NCBI GenBank assembly: GCA_964016885.1
Contig: OZ024741.1
Coordinates: forward strand, 193,316,001-193,380,000
Origin: Eledone cirrhosa
Taxonomy: Eukaryota
Length of the DNA stretch: 64,000 nucleotides
Direction of reading: 5' to 3'
Both the position numbers and the translations under genes were made by a program. Within the stretch, counting starts at the first letter, position 1, and each line of letters begins with the position of its first letter. The notes beneath the pieces were generated by a model. It ran no database searches and was not told where the DNA came from. It was given only the letters and a program-made list of their open reading frames with translations. This document shows positions 42,700-55,549 of the stretch, one piece after another.

Positions 42700-43320
42700 T
42701 AACAAATATAATATATAAAAAGGAAAGGGAAAGGAAAAAAAGAAAGAGAAAAAATACACAGGCACGTAATACTCACACCTTAGACCACATACAACAAAAT
42801 GCAGGCGAAGGAGTGGTGAAACGAGACGCTACCAGAGCAAAAGATGAAAATATACGAGGAGCACTGGGAAACCTCTCTAATATTTTTTTAGGCAAGCCAG
42901 CATGCTCGCAGCGTTACCTGGGGTGATACCGAGGCTGAGGTGCTGGAACAACCAAGTGCCCTCATGAACATCACCAGTTACCTCTGTTTTGGCAAGCCAC
43001 CAGTGAAGATAAGAACCTCGCTGTCAGTAGCCCGACTCCCCCAAACGTCTCGAACGCCACAGGCTGGATAATGTAGTTAGCTGACAGAACACGGTATTTT
43101 AGGATTTTGTTCCATTCAACTGCGGATGCTGTAGCTCTCGCCCTTACCGCTGCATCCAGGATGTGGGAAGAAGCAAAAGAGTCACTAACTGTGACGTCCC
43201 AGGTAAGGCCCCTGCCTCTTGACCAGGAGCACAGAGTAAGTCCGTCAAGTCTTTTCCCATCAATTCTGGATAACCCAGATGGTTCCAAAATGATGTTTGC
43301 CCGGGCCAAAGCTCTTAAGT
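42700..43320 (-). mobile_element. CRE-like non-LTR retrotransposon 3' fragment
   Basis: LEPSGLSRIDGKRLDGLTLCSWSRGRGLTWDVT..KY..L..QPVAFETFGGVG. Confidence 0.85.
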
Positions 43321-43479
43321 GGAACTAGGACAGTATGTGTATGTGCGCGTGCGTGATTTTGTTGGCGTTCTTAAATTAGAGACATGTGTGTATCACTGTT
43401 TTAAAGTTAGGGACATACGTGTCTATCCCTTTCCTTCCTTTTACACACACATACATTCACACAAACACATACACATATT

Positions 43480-44120
43480 GTGTGATGGACGGGTGGACTG
43501 AAGACACTCAAATTTATATACATGTGAATGGAGTTCTACTGAAGCAGTTAGAGAAGTTCAAGTATCTTGGAGCCGTGTTCATGAGTGATAGAATGCAGGA
43601 GGCTGAATTAAGTGCAAGAATTGCAAAAGCTGATGCAGTAATGCGCCAGCCTCAGCATTCAGCAATCAGAAGAAGTGGGTAGGTGTAAAAGCCAAACTTG
43701 CTGTCTTCCTGGTATTAGAATACAATTGCAAATAAAAGTGGCAGAAATGGGATTCCTCGGAAGGGTCTTTGGAATAACGTTACTCGATAAAGTGCATAAC
43801 TCAGAGACCAGAGAGTCACTCCTGGTAGAGCCGCTACTTCTCCGAATTGAGAGATCACAGCTCCGATATTATGAGCATGTGGTTAGAATGTCTCAGTAAG
43901 TAATCGCTGGACACATTTTACAGGCAAAACCAACCGGCAAGAGACCCAGAGGTAGACCCTGAGCAAGATAGTTGTATAACATTCATGAGCTTGGCAGCTC
44001 ACGCTTTGGGATCCAGCTGGATCAGTTAGAGATGTTTGCTTCTGACAGACTCGCTGGAAGGAGTGTTTGAGAAGAACTCTTCCCCCACGACCCTCTCAGA
44101 AATAAGTGGGCGAAGAAGAA
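43480..44120 (+). mobile_element. RTE-clade (Expander/Rex3-like) LINE 3' fragment
   Basis: LKQLEKFKYLG...RIAKA; AEMGFL.RVFG.TLLDKV.NS..RE.L.VEPLLLRIERSQLR..HVVRM; GKRPRGRP. Confidence 0.88.
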
Positions 44121-44739
44121 GATATTGTCAATTTACTTTTCAATTTACATATGTATATTTGCGTATAATGCCAATATGCACACTACATATACTAGCAGAA
44201 AACCGCCCTCGGGTAGTTTTTCTGCTAGTCTGTATAATAATTCCACAAGTTTGAGTTACCAACAATTAGTGAAAACTCCCTTATCTTCTCTGACGAACGC
44301 GTTTATCTCTTCTCCTGCCCTTTATTGCAATTGCTTATATTTTTAACACGAGATCTTACTTTATTTTTCTTGCTTTTTTCTTCCTTTTTCTTTGTTTCAT
44401 TCGTCTCTCGTGCTAATGAGCACCACATCTTTTCCCTAACGTCACGTGTTTTGTAGCTTAATTGCTATAAATTAATGTTTTGCCTCGCGTCTCTTACTCC
44501 ACTGGACAGCGTTTGGTTTATGCCTGACACTGTGACACCGGATGGACCAGGGGTACTATTGACTGGCGTCGAAACTGCCAAAGTCCATCTCAACGGTCGA
44601 TGACCATTGAGTGCTGTGTCCTTCGTTTGTGTTTATTTTATTTTTTTTTATTATTTTTTAAGGTCTCCCCTTTAAAAATTGTTTTTCGTTTTGTTTTGTT
44701 TCTGTTCGTTATCTTGTCCTTTCTTAGTTAATTTTCTTA

Positions 44740-44863
<124 letters not shown>

Positions 44864-44944
44864 TGTGTGTGTGTTTATATAGGTCCATATGTGTGAGTCG
44901 GTGTTTATGTACACGTTTTTTTGTCTGTCTGTGTTTATGCCCTG

Positions 44945-45092
44945 TAACTTACTGGTTCGAAACAAAAGAGATCGATAAAATATGAACCAAACCTGAAAAA
45001 AAAGTACTGGGGTCGATATGATCGACTAAAATTTTCTTAAGCCGTACACCACCATGTTTACAAATCGAATGATAGAAACCAATATAAGAAAT
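44945..45092 (+). mobile_element. SINE 3' fragment
   Basis: aagtactggggtcgat.tgatcgactaa...cacc.ccatg...aatga..gaaacc. A similar minus-strand piece lies at ~19990-20090. Confidence 0.55.
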
Positions 45093-45095
45093 TGT

Positions 45096-45126
<31 letters not shown>

Positions 45127-45198
45127 CATATAAATATACATACATTCATACACACATACACACACACACACGCACACGCACACACACACATACACACT

Positions 45199-45241
<43 letters not shown>

Positions 45242-45243
<2 letters not shown>

Positions 45244-45371
45244 CGAAGGAAATGTGGTAAGGAACCAGGTGGACCATAACGCACCAAAGTACTCAATACT
45301 TGGGGTAGTAGAGTGGGTAATAGGAACCAGTAAGACCCCGACGGCTGAGCTCAAGCCGTTTCGACGGCTAA

Positions 45372-45373
<2 letters not shown>
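45242..45373 (-). mobile_element. Short Penelope-like element truncated in hammerhead stem II
   Basis: Nearly identical to 19640-19772, ends at GACGGCTAATTC, and sits inside (TA)n. Confidence 0.75.
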
Positions 45374-45418
<45 letters not shown>

Positions 45419-45609
45419 GCTCTATAGACACGTTGAACACGTTGCATAGCACAAGAATGCGTAGGATGTTTTGTTGCTGCTCTGTTGCGTTGGATGTAGG
45501 AAGTTTGTAGTGTTAGCAGCGATTACTGTGGGGGCGTGGTCACCTGACTCTGCTTTCACTTTCATAATCAGTTACAGGAAGGATTATTGGAGGCAGACCT
45601 AGAGTTTTA

Positions 45610-45858
45610 CTTGTCATAGTGGACCGTATACTGGGGTTGCTGTTGGTGATGGGTATGTCATTAGTGGTGGTGTTGGCGATGGTTGTTGTAGAGGTGATGA
45701 TGGTTAAGTTGGTGGTGGTGGTGGTGGTGATGGTGGTAGTGGTGGTGGTGGTAGTGGTGGTGGTGGTGGTGGTGGTGGTGGTGGTGGTGGTGGTGGTGGT
45801 GGAGATGCTTATAATATAAATATGGCGATAATAAGGATGCTAGTGATGGTGGGTGATA

Positions 45859-45893
<35 letters not shown>

Positions 45894-46137
45894 AGGAATA
45901 GTGGAAATGTTAATGATGGTGGTGGTGGTGGTGGTGGTGGTGGCGTCAATCGTTTGCATACTGTTTAGTGGAATAGTGAGTTTGGACGGAGGAGGCAGCT
46001 GGTGATAAGGTATGGTTGGCTGATGGTTGTGCTAATGATGGCGATGAGAAGTATGGCATTTTTAGTGCTTGAAGTAATTCACTTGTTCAGTGTGGTGGCT
46101 TGTGTAGCAAAAAGGTTGTAGCAGCACTAACTCTTAC

Positions 46138-46189
<52 letters not shown>

Positions 46190-46910
46190 AGAGGAGGAGT
46201 TGGAGCAGGAGATAGAAAAGGTGGAGGAGGGGAGTAGAAGAGGTGATGAAGATGACTTTCTCCTTGTTTTTCTTCCACTGTTTTGGTTTTCCTTTTATCT
46301 TCTTTTTCTTCTTCTTCTTCTTTTTCTTCCACTTCATTATCTTCATTTCACCCTCCTCTTTCTTCATTGCCTATTTCATCATTTTTTTCTCCTTTCTTTC
46401 CATTTTATTCTTCATCACCCATATCCTCATCATCATCATCATCATCAACACCATCATCATTATCAACACCATCAACACCATCATCATCATCATCATCATC
46501 ATATTTTTCTTCTGTTCGAAAATACTTTTTAATATTCTGTCTTTTCCTTTTGCTTTCCACTTTTTCTCTTTCCTTTTCTTCTTTTTTTCATCTATCTATA
46601 TTCTTTTCTTTTTCATTTCCACCCCCTCCTTCTTCTTCTACTTCTACTTCTTTTTCTTCTTCTTCTTCTTCTTCTTCTCCTCTCCTCTCCCTCCTTCTGC
46701 TTTTTCTTCTTGTTCTTCTTCTTCTCCTTCTTCTTCTCCCATTCTCCTCCCCATTCTTCTTCTTCTTCTTCTTCATCTTCTTCTTCTTCTTCTTCTCGTC
46801 TTTATTACTTCTAATTCTTTTCTTCTCTGTGTTTCTAATTCTTTTCTTCTCTGTTATCTTCTTGTGTTTTTTATCTTCTGTTTATTCGTTTTTTTCTTTT
46901 TCTTCTTTCA
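45610..46910. repeat. Low-complexity tracts (GGT, GAT, GTA, CAT, CTT)n
   Basis: Read directly. Confidence 0.9.
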
Positions 46911-47218
46911 TGGCATGTGCTTTACACTTCTTTATTTGTACCAACAGTTACTGCTCTACACTTATCCCTTTCTCTTTATGTGTAGAAATACATCGTCAAC
47001 ATACCACAATAAACTCGTTTGACAATCGCCCCTGAATGTGAGAAAGTTTCCCAGAAAGTTAACAAGAACTTAACGTTCTCCACTGAAGTTAAGAAGAACT
47101 TACCAGAACTAATATCCTACTGTAAAGATTTGAACTATTAAAGAACACCAGCCACCAGTGAAACCATTCTTTTTTTTTTAAATATTTCTTACTGTACCAA
47201 GGAATTTCCTTTATTTTC

Positions 47219-47265
<47 letters not shown>

Positions 47266-47812
47266 TAAGTTTGAAGAATAGTCTGACAGAATTTATTCTA
47301 AGGAATCAACTAGATAAATAATCATTTAAACGGAGCTAAGTATAAAATGTAACTTTGAAGAAATAACAGATAAATGTTATCGATATTCCTCTATGAAGAA
47401 CAGTCAGATAAAATTTACCTAATCTTTCCTCTTAGTCCGTACAAATTAACTAGACAAATAATCAATTAAACGGAGCTAAGTCCAGAATGTAAGCTTGAAG
47501 AAAAAATAGATAAAACGTTACCACCCCTATATTACTATGGCTCTCTTATAGTCAGAAACAGCTTCTCTTACAACTAATACAGACCGAGTAAATATGCACA
47601 CTCCACTTTTCCCTTCACTGCTCCGTATACACACATACACACCCTTATATTAATATACTTTTGCTCATAGCTTCGTACTTACAAGCACACATACACTCTT
47701 TTACTCACATATACACACACATTTCTTCTTAGCTTCTTACGGACTATAACACACACATTTCTTCTTAGCTTCTTACGGACTATAACACACACACTCACAC
47801 ACACACACACAT

Positions 47813-47895
<83 letters not shown>

Positions 47896-47984
47896 CATAC
47901 ACACGGGCACAAGTATAGCGCTTTATACAAAATGGTTTTTTTTCCATTTCAGGTAGACGCGCTCCATCATCCACTTTTCTAAAA

Positions 47985-48243
47985 AGTAAATCATACACAA
48001 AACGCCAGCACCAACAGTTTTGCAAGAGATGTCAACATGAATGGACTTGTTATTTTTATTTAAAGACATTTTTTCTAATTCCAGCCCGCCCGTCCCTTCA
48101 ATCTATCTTATTTTTAATTCTTTCTTCTGATGAAGGACTAGCGTCCGAAACGTTAAGACCCTCTTCTTGTTATTTCAAGCGTTAAACTAATATATTCCTT
48201 CCATATACTGTAGCGATTATATTGTTATTGCTGTTTACCTTTT

Positions 48244-48245
<2 letters not shown>
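47985..48245 (+). mobile_element. Penelope-like terminal repeat carrying an intact minimal hammerhead
   Basis: Matches 20933-21200 in reverse. Confidence 0.75.
48121..48160 (+). ncRNA. Minimal type I hammerhead ribozyme (palindromic stem III)
   Basis: tctt-CTGATGA(48127)-aGGAC-tagc-GTCC-GAAA(48147)-CG-TTA-aga. All core nucleotides are present and AACGTT is palindromic. Confidence 0.8.
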
Positions 48246-48275
<30 letters not shown>

Positions 48276-48414
48276 TTAAAAGTTAAACAAGGTTCAATGA
48301 ATACATTACAGAATGAGTTTTACAATAGATTGGAAGCACTCAACAAAAAAGGTTTTCCAGAGTTATTAATAGTAATTCAAAATATTAACAAAATAGATAT
48401 TCTTGTGATCAATT

Positions 48415-48485
48415 ATATTTTATTATACATATTTCAGAGGTACTGAGTTAAGTTCAACAGTACGTCCTCATCAGATAAAATAAAA
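48415..48485 (-). ncRNA. Type I hammerhead ribozyme motif
   Basis: Minus strand: ttttat-CTGATGA-ggacGTACTG-ttgaacttaact-CAGTACctct-GAAA-tatgTA-taataaaat. Confidence 0.65.
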
Positions 48486-49407
48486 TGATACATGACATAC
48501 ACTGACATAGTAGATGGTTAAGATTCAGTCATGGTAGTGATTACCTTATGACAAAACTCAATATTTATTGAGAACATGAGATAACATAATACAAACAATA
48601 GAGAGGTTACGTGTAATAGAGTTTAAGAAATACATGTTATACAATATAACAGTTATACATCTTTTTTATTTTTCAAAACTACTGGAGAAAGAGGAGGGAA
48701 AGGAAAGCATAGAGGAAGAAACAGCTGAAGTGATAATATATTTAGTAGGTGGCTTGAAAAAACAGATGAAAGATGATTAAAGAGAGAGAGAGACAAAGGG
48801 GAGTAATTTATGTTCAAGTTTATATACACAGATTTCCATATATGCAACACATGTCAGTGGAGAGATAGACCAATATTTGTCGGCTATTATGGTTTGTTAT
48901 ATTTATACCTAGATATACATAAAAAAACAAATGCAAATCTAACTTTCTGAGTCCCCCAAAACACTCAAAATGAGTAAAATATATAAAATTTGTAAACGCA
49001 TGAATGATCCACAGTTCAATTATAATCAGTAAATTTTCAAGTTAAATATCCAAACTATATATTTAAAACAGAGACAGATAAATAAAGACCTGAATCAAAA
49101 TTATAAATACCAATAAAATCATAAGGTATGTATATTTATCAAGTAAACAAGTTATCAAACGAGTGTCCTTCATTCTAACATTAATTCTATCATAAATGAT
49201 TAGAAGATAAAGCATTATTAAAGTTTTATAAACCGTTATGACTTTTTAAGCCCAACGGTTGATAAGAGACATCAAAAATCAGGCCTGATTGTTTACTGTT
49301 GTTTCCTGACTTTTTGCGAGGCTTGGAATGTAGACAAAATTTTTATATATATATATAATAAGAAAATGCGAAGTACTTTCAGATGTTACAACCCTTTATT
49401 GATAAGG

Positions 49408-49482
49408 CCGTGATACATATTTCAATGACGTCAGTCGCCACGCGATTTCGCATAGCCAGTGCCATTATCTCATCAGACAGCA
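49408..49482 (-). ncRNA. Type I hammerhead motif with long stem II
   Basis: Minus strand: ctgt-CTGATGA-gatAATGGCac..TATGCG-aaat-CGCGTG..gaCGTCATT-GAAA-tatgTA-tcacgg. Confidence 0.55.
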
Positions 49483-50105
49483 TCGTACATAAAAGGGGTA
49501 CGTAGTCGAGGCAATCCAAATTGAAACGACAAGGAAACGGACAAAGGCGATGCTCTTGAAGCCTTCGCCTATTCCCTTGTGAACCCCCAATTCACCTCCA
49601 CATGCATGCGCAGGCGCAAATATGAAGGAAGTTGACCAGCTGACAACCTACCCCAAAACACAACAAAACTGTCCTAGGCAGCCCCCTCCCCATGCCACCC
49701 CTACCCCTCAAAAAAATCAATCTCCCCCATCCAAGACGGTATGGTGACGCGGTCACCAGGTTCTAAGTTGTGGTTTACGGCCAGGCGCACGTCCAGTGGT
49801 AGCCGACCAAAACTCTGTGGTAGTGGCAGAGTATAAGTTTCAGTAGGTTTCAATACTACCCCTAAATTATACTTGGACAACAGAATTGACGATCACCCGC
49901 GAAGATGATGTAAACTAAATTCTAGGTTCTGCATATTATGGTTTCCCATTGGAAATTAAATTTGGTAATAAGGTTGAAAATTAGAAATTAAGAGTAAAAA
50001 TCTCAATTGAAGTAAATAAAGAAATATAATAAATATACTCCGTCATTCCTAGGTGGAAAAAATAGGTTGAGTGCGTGAATTGAATTGCATCAATGTTTAC
50101 CGTAA

Positions 50106-50169
<64 letters not shown>

Positions 50170-50231
50170 GTAGAACACACTGGAGGTTATATCCGTAGTA
50201 GTAGAGCACTCAGTCCATGGGACGAGTTTGG

Positions 50232-50383
50232 TAGAAGCAGTTCCACAACAGTTAGTTCACCATACCAAGAATAAATGTTTCAAGCGGATCTTCCGTACAA
50301 CTCCACTCAGACCGAGCTGAAAATCCGCAAGGTGAAACATTTGTTCTCGGTATGGTGAACTAACTGTTGTGGAACTACTTCTA
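50232..50383. mobile_element. Short inverted-repeat element with degenerate hammerhead-like core
   Basis: ~50-bp arms (tagaagcagttccacaacagttagttcaccatacc and its complement) and an internal CTGAAA-TCC-gcaa-GGT-GAAA-CATTTG. Confidence 0.55.
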
Positions 50384-50388
50384 TGTAC

Positions 50389-50471
<83 letters not shown>

Positions 50472-51855
50472 GACAGTGTACAAACCAATCAAAAATGAGA
50501 GATAAGAGATTAGTTGTGAGAATTATAAGCGAGCAGTGAAAGTCAGGAAGATAACCATATGCCATGCAAAAAGAGTATAGGCAGAGCATTAATATAAAAA
50601 TTATTGTTAGAGAATACACAACTAAATTCTTGAAAAAATATTTATTGGTTTACAATTGTTTCAGAGGCCGGACCATAATTCGGTCCATAAAAATAAAATC
50701 TGTCAATTTTAGAATCGATAGGTACGGATGATATAAAAACTGAACTATGATTTGACCTCACCTTCAGAACCAAAATAAATATAAAATTCAACAATGCATG
50801 ACACTGATGGGAGGGACAGCAAAAAACATGAAACACATACCATACTAATTATCAATCGAAGGATTAAAACAGAAGGATCAGACATTGTAATTCAAAGAAG
50901 GTATTTATGCTTGTAAGTAATGGAGGATTGACATAACCGGAAGTAAGCAAGTGTGAATAGCAAGGGACATAAATATGATGAAAGAGAGACTATTTGTTAC
51001 TAAAAAACGATTTTAAAAAATGGTACTTAATGGAAATTATTGTTGATATAATTAGGTTATAATTAAAAAAGGATGAAAAGTCTTAGTATTATTCCTCACC
51101 GTAGAAATAAAAGATGAATATTGATGTGAGATGACTTAACGTGCAAAATTACTTAAGAGAGTTAATTTGACACAATCTATTGAGAACAAAATAATTAAAG
51201 AAACGAATGTATATTTTTACAAATGGAGTAAAAATATTTAAAACAAATGGTTAGATAAGGGTAGAAGAAAAGAAAAGCTTAATTATCATATTTAATGACC
51301 AAGTTAGGTATATCAGGGTATAATACGTCAGTCTATTAAACATGTTTATCTAGTGCGTGTGTTAAGTTTAGTAAGACGGGAAAGCGGTAAGTTAAGTGTC
51401 ATACATAGGTGTAAAGAAATTTAGTAAAGAAAGAAATTTAAAAAATGTGTTAAAGTGTTAAGCTAAGGCAAAAGGAGATATAGCGCTAAGAATACTAATT
51501 ATAACTATAAAGGTTAAAATAAAATAAGTTAAAAAAATGTTATAGAGAATGTGATCAAAGAATATATAATTTGTCACATATGGAGGAAACGGACCTTCAA
51601 AGTGAGGGTTCATAAAAAAAAGTATTTGGATGGATGGATACCAAGGAAAGTGTGTGATACATAGATAGTTATAAACTAGAGTAAATTAAAAGGAGTATAA
51701 ATCTGAAGGGAAGGGATAGAAGAGCTTAACAAAGAAACAAAAGAAATCCCCTATTAAACTAAAAAAGGTTTAGAGGATTTGGATAATAATTTATATATAT
51801 ATACTAGCTGGTCCGTCCGGCTGGCTCCGGCTACTATTGACGTATTCTACGACAT

Positions 51856-51918
<63 letters not shown>

Positions 51919-51964
51919 ACTGACGTACCTAGCTTCGCTTGGATAAATAGATGATAAGCCGTCT

Positions 51965-53145
51965 GTGTAGTATAGTATTACTGTTGAAAATATATCGTAT
52001 AGTATAGTATTACTGTTCAAAAAATATAGTATAGTATTACTGTTGAAAATATATAGTACTAGCAGAATGGCCCGGCGTTGCTCGGGATTATAAACATAGA
52101 TTGGCATGTTTATCCCTACTTTCTGAAACAGTTTCGTCGTATGTTCACCAATTGATGCAGAAGTCCTAATAAAAAGTGAAGTCGCCTTGGGTGAATAGGC
52201 AAATCATTTTCCATTAAGATTTTTCAAAAGCATGCAATTGCGTCCCTCACTTTTTTGTTGTTGTGTTTGCTGCTGTCGAGCCTCGTGAAATAAATAAGTT
52301 TGTTTATATTTTGTTATTGTGTATGCAAAAATATCTGTACACGAATATATAATTATATATATATATAGTAAAATAACAGATTAAAATTTAAGCGAAGAAT
52401 CGCTGCTTTCACCCTTAACGGGATCTGAAACTAAAAAAATCAATCTGTGAACGCAGAAGTAAATATTTTGAAAAACGTTACAGACTATATGTATATATAT
52501 ATATACACACTATATATACACACACACACATATAGCGTAATAATGTCGTAATGCAGACAGCCAGACATACAGACAGATATTATAAGGCCGCAAGGTTATA
52601 TCTATGTATCTATCTAAAAAGAAAGGCTTAGAATTATAGAGAGAGATCGCTAAATCGCCTAATGCGGTCCCTGGGGCATTGAAAATTTGAAATATTGTTT
52701 GTTCAAAACACTCACCCGTGTAAAGTCTGTTTGCTCAAAACACTCACATGTGTAAAGTCTGAAAAAGATCGGTTGGGTGGTTTTCGAGTTTTAGGGAGTC
52801 AGACAGACAGACAGACAGACAGTCATTCTCTGTTTAGATATATAGATAGTATAGTATGACTGTTGAAAACATATAGTATAGTATAGTATTACTATTGAAA
52901 ATATATAGTATAGTATTATTGTTGAAAATATATAGTATAGTATTACTGTTGAAAATATATAATATAGTATTACTGTTAAAAATATATAGTATAATATAGT
53001 ATTACTGTTGAAACTATATAGTACAGTACAGTATTATTCTTGAAAATATATAGTACGGTATTACTGTTGAAAATATATAGTATATATAGTATTACTGTTG
53101 AATATATATAGTACAATACAGTATTACTGTTGAAAATATATAGTA
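51965..53145. repeat. Minisatellite (TAGTATTACTGTTGAAAATATA, ~22-30-bp units), split by a Helitron
   Basis: Read directly at 51965-52058 and 52847-53145. Confidence 0.9.
52059..52846 (-). mobile_element. Non-autonomous Helitron
   Basis: Minus strand begins TCTATAT.. followed by (GTCT)n and ends CCCGAGCAACGCCGGG-ccattctg-CTAG. It is inserted between A and T with no TSD. Confidence 0.8.
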
Positions 53146-53760
53146 CTAGCAGTGATACCCGGCGTCGCCCGGGATAAGATATTTTGGAACGCGGGCCCCC
53201 AACAGACCTAATCGTGGAAAAACTGCATGCCTGGACAATGTGTAAAGAAAATAAACCGAATACTCTGATGGCTGGATAATCTTTAAGATTTTCCTCGATG
53301 AAGCAGGAAAAATGCAGGTTTTCACCTAATGCGGATGCTAGGGGATCAAGAAAATGAATTCTTTTTATGTGCATAATATACCTTGAAATTTCGGGAAAAT
53401 CGGCTAGACGTAACGCCTAAAGAAAGCCCTAAAAAGCTGAATAAATGAAGTTTTTCACCTAATGCGGGCCCTAGGCCATAAAAAAGTTGGATTTTCTTTG
53501 CTCACGGTATGAAGAAGAGACTGACTAATACATAGTTACAATTTCAAGGAAATCGGTCTGGCGTAACGCCTCAAAATACCCCTAAAAAGCTGGAAAAAAC
53601 GCAGTTTTTCACCTAATGCGGGCCCTAGGGGATCAAAAAGTTGAATTTTTTATGTGCATAACACTGTCTGAAACATAACGCGGGCCGCCAACAGACCTAA
53701 TCGTTACAAAACTGCATGCCTGGAAAATATGTAAAGAAAATAAACCGAATGCTCTGATGC
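53146..53760 (-). mobile_element. Second Helitron (3' end) with internal tandem repeats
   Basis: The CCCGGGCGACGCCGGG hairpin plus CTAG ends at 53146. ttttcacctaatgcgg recurs three times, and 53189-53270 is duplicated at 53677-53760. Confidence 0.7.
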
Positions 53761-54297
53761 AATTAGTATTAGGTATGCTTCTCCTTCCACGTGGAGAAAA
53801 TCGGCTTGGTGCTTTTGTACTTTAATAAAGTGGCATGAGTCAGCAGGACAGATGTCACCACTTATGTCATAGGGAAGTCTGCAATGCTTGAGCAAGGCAT
53901 GACGTGCAATCGGACAGCATGTGGAGCCTTCTCGAAGGAGTCCACCTTACCTTAGTAAGTAAACGCAACTGGACAAACGTTTACCAAACTGTGGTTATAA
54001 TTTAACAAATTTAAAGAGGAATGGTGCAATAAAAGGAGCTCCGGGGCGTGTGCGTGTCCACTGGCAGCCCTAAACGAAAGGTCGCCATCAGTTATTTCAA
54101 GGGCCCTTAAAAGGGCCTTGTAAGCCGTTCACTGACACCCCAGTAAGGGGGGTAACCATCAACAATTTCAAGTGGTGGCCCTAAAAGGGGCTATGTGAGC
54201 GTTCACGGCCCATTTAACAGCCATACATTGACGCGCCGAGTGCGAAGTAGAAACAATTATACTGCTTTTTTATACAACTGTAAATAACATGTTTATG

Positions 54298-54370
<73 letters not shown>

Positions 54371-54584
54371 TTTTCCGTAGTGTTGTAATATGAATATTAC
54401 ACACAGTAGATGGACAGCTCACGTAGGGTTTGCTCGACGGTTCCAGTTGTAGTTTCAAAAGTAATCCGGAGAAAATAGAAGGATTTAAATGGATACAGTT
54501 CAGTAAAAGGAATTTATTGACGTGTGTTTCAATAACAGTTATATAACCTGAAAACAGCTGCTATCTACAAAGTATTAATTATGC

Positions 54585-54636
54585 GGACACTCAATATTTC
54601 AATGTTATTTTCAACTATCATTTCATCAGAATAATC
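54585..54636 (-). ncRNA. Type I hammerhead motif
   Basis: Minus strand: ttatt-CTGATGA-AATGATAGTT-gaa-AATAACATT-GAAA-TATTgag. Stem I pairing is weak. Confidence 0.5.
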
Positions 54637-55055
54637 TCATTGAGAACTTGTTTGGTTTTTATAGAGAATATTAAGAGGGAGGAGTGAAGTTAGAAGAATA
54701 GTTAAGGGAATAGATAGAAATGTTTGATAGCAGTGGGTAATTAGATTCCCATCTGTTGTTTTGACATTTTTATAGAATACATTATTTGGCGTTGGTTATT
54801 TTTCTAAATCTATAGAAGGATTAGAGATAGTAAAGATATGCATGGTTGGTTTTGTGTTTGCACTTAATTAACATACAGACTTAATTTTTTCTTTCAAGTG
54901 TGTGTATCCGTTCGCCCACACATAGATATGTGTATATATACTTTTTTTTTTTTTTAAAACCTACACATTCACACACATACATATTTGCACACCTCTACAA
55001 ATACATACACTCACATACACATACTTACATGCTCATACTTACATACATATATACA

Positions 55056-55153
<98 letters not shown>

Positions 55154-55258
55154 TATATGTACCCACATACGCATTCATGTATATACACTTTCATACTCTA
55201 CTTATCTTCATATACACACATATAGACACACTCATATATACATACATACTCCTGTCTA

Positions 55259-55298
<40 letters not shown>

Positions 55299-55549
55299 CA
55301 CATATACATGAATACACATACATTTAATTATACACATCAAATATATATATATATATACACTCACCCACTTATTTTCTTATTTATATACATTTTCACATAT
55401 ATACATACATATGGTCGCTTTTAGACACATTCATTATAGCATATTCGCACCTATTCTCACCAGCATATTTATCCATTATTAGTGTGATAATTTAAGGTTA
55501 TTAATAGTACATATATATGTTGAGAAGAGATTGTTTTTATATTTTTCTA

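Noticed and set aside
44500-44640. Hammerhead at ctgtga-caccgg..ctggcgtc-GAAAC
   Set aside because: The CUGAnGA box is incomplete and no convincing stem III or stem I was found. It may be a decayed copy but is not supportable.
46087-47035. Long Phe/Ser/Leu-rich ORFs
   Set aside because: Read-through of (CTT)n and (CAT)n tracts.
54056-54206. Twister ribozyme or SECIS assignment for the tandem hairpin module
   Set aside because: I could not place the twister pseudoknots or the SECIS AUGA/GA quartet geometry, so it is left unclassified.
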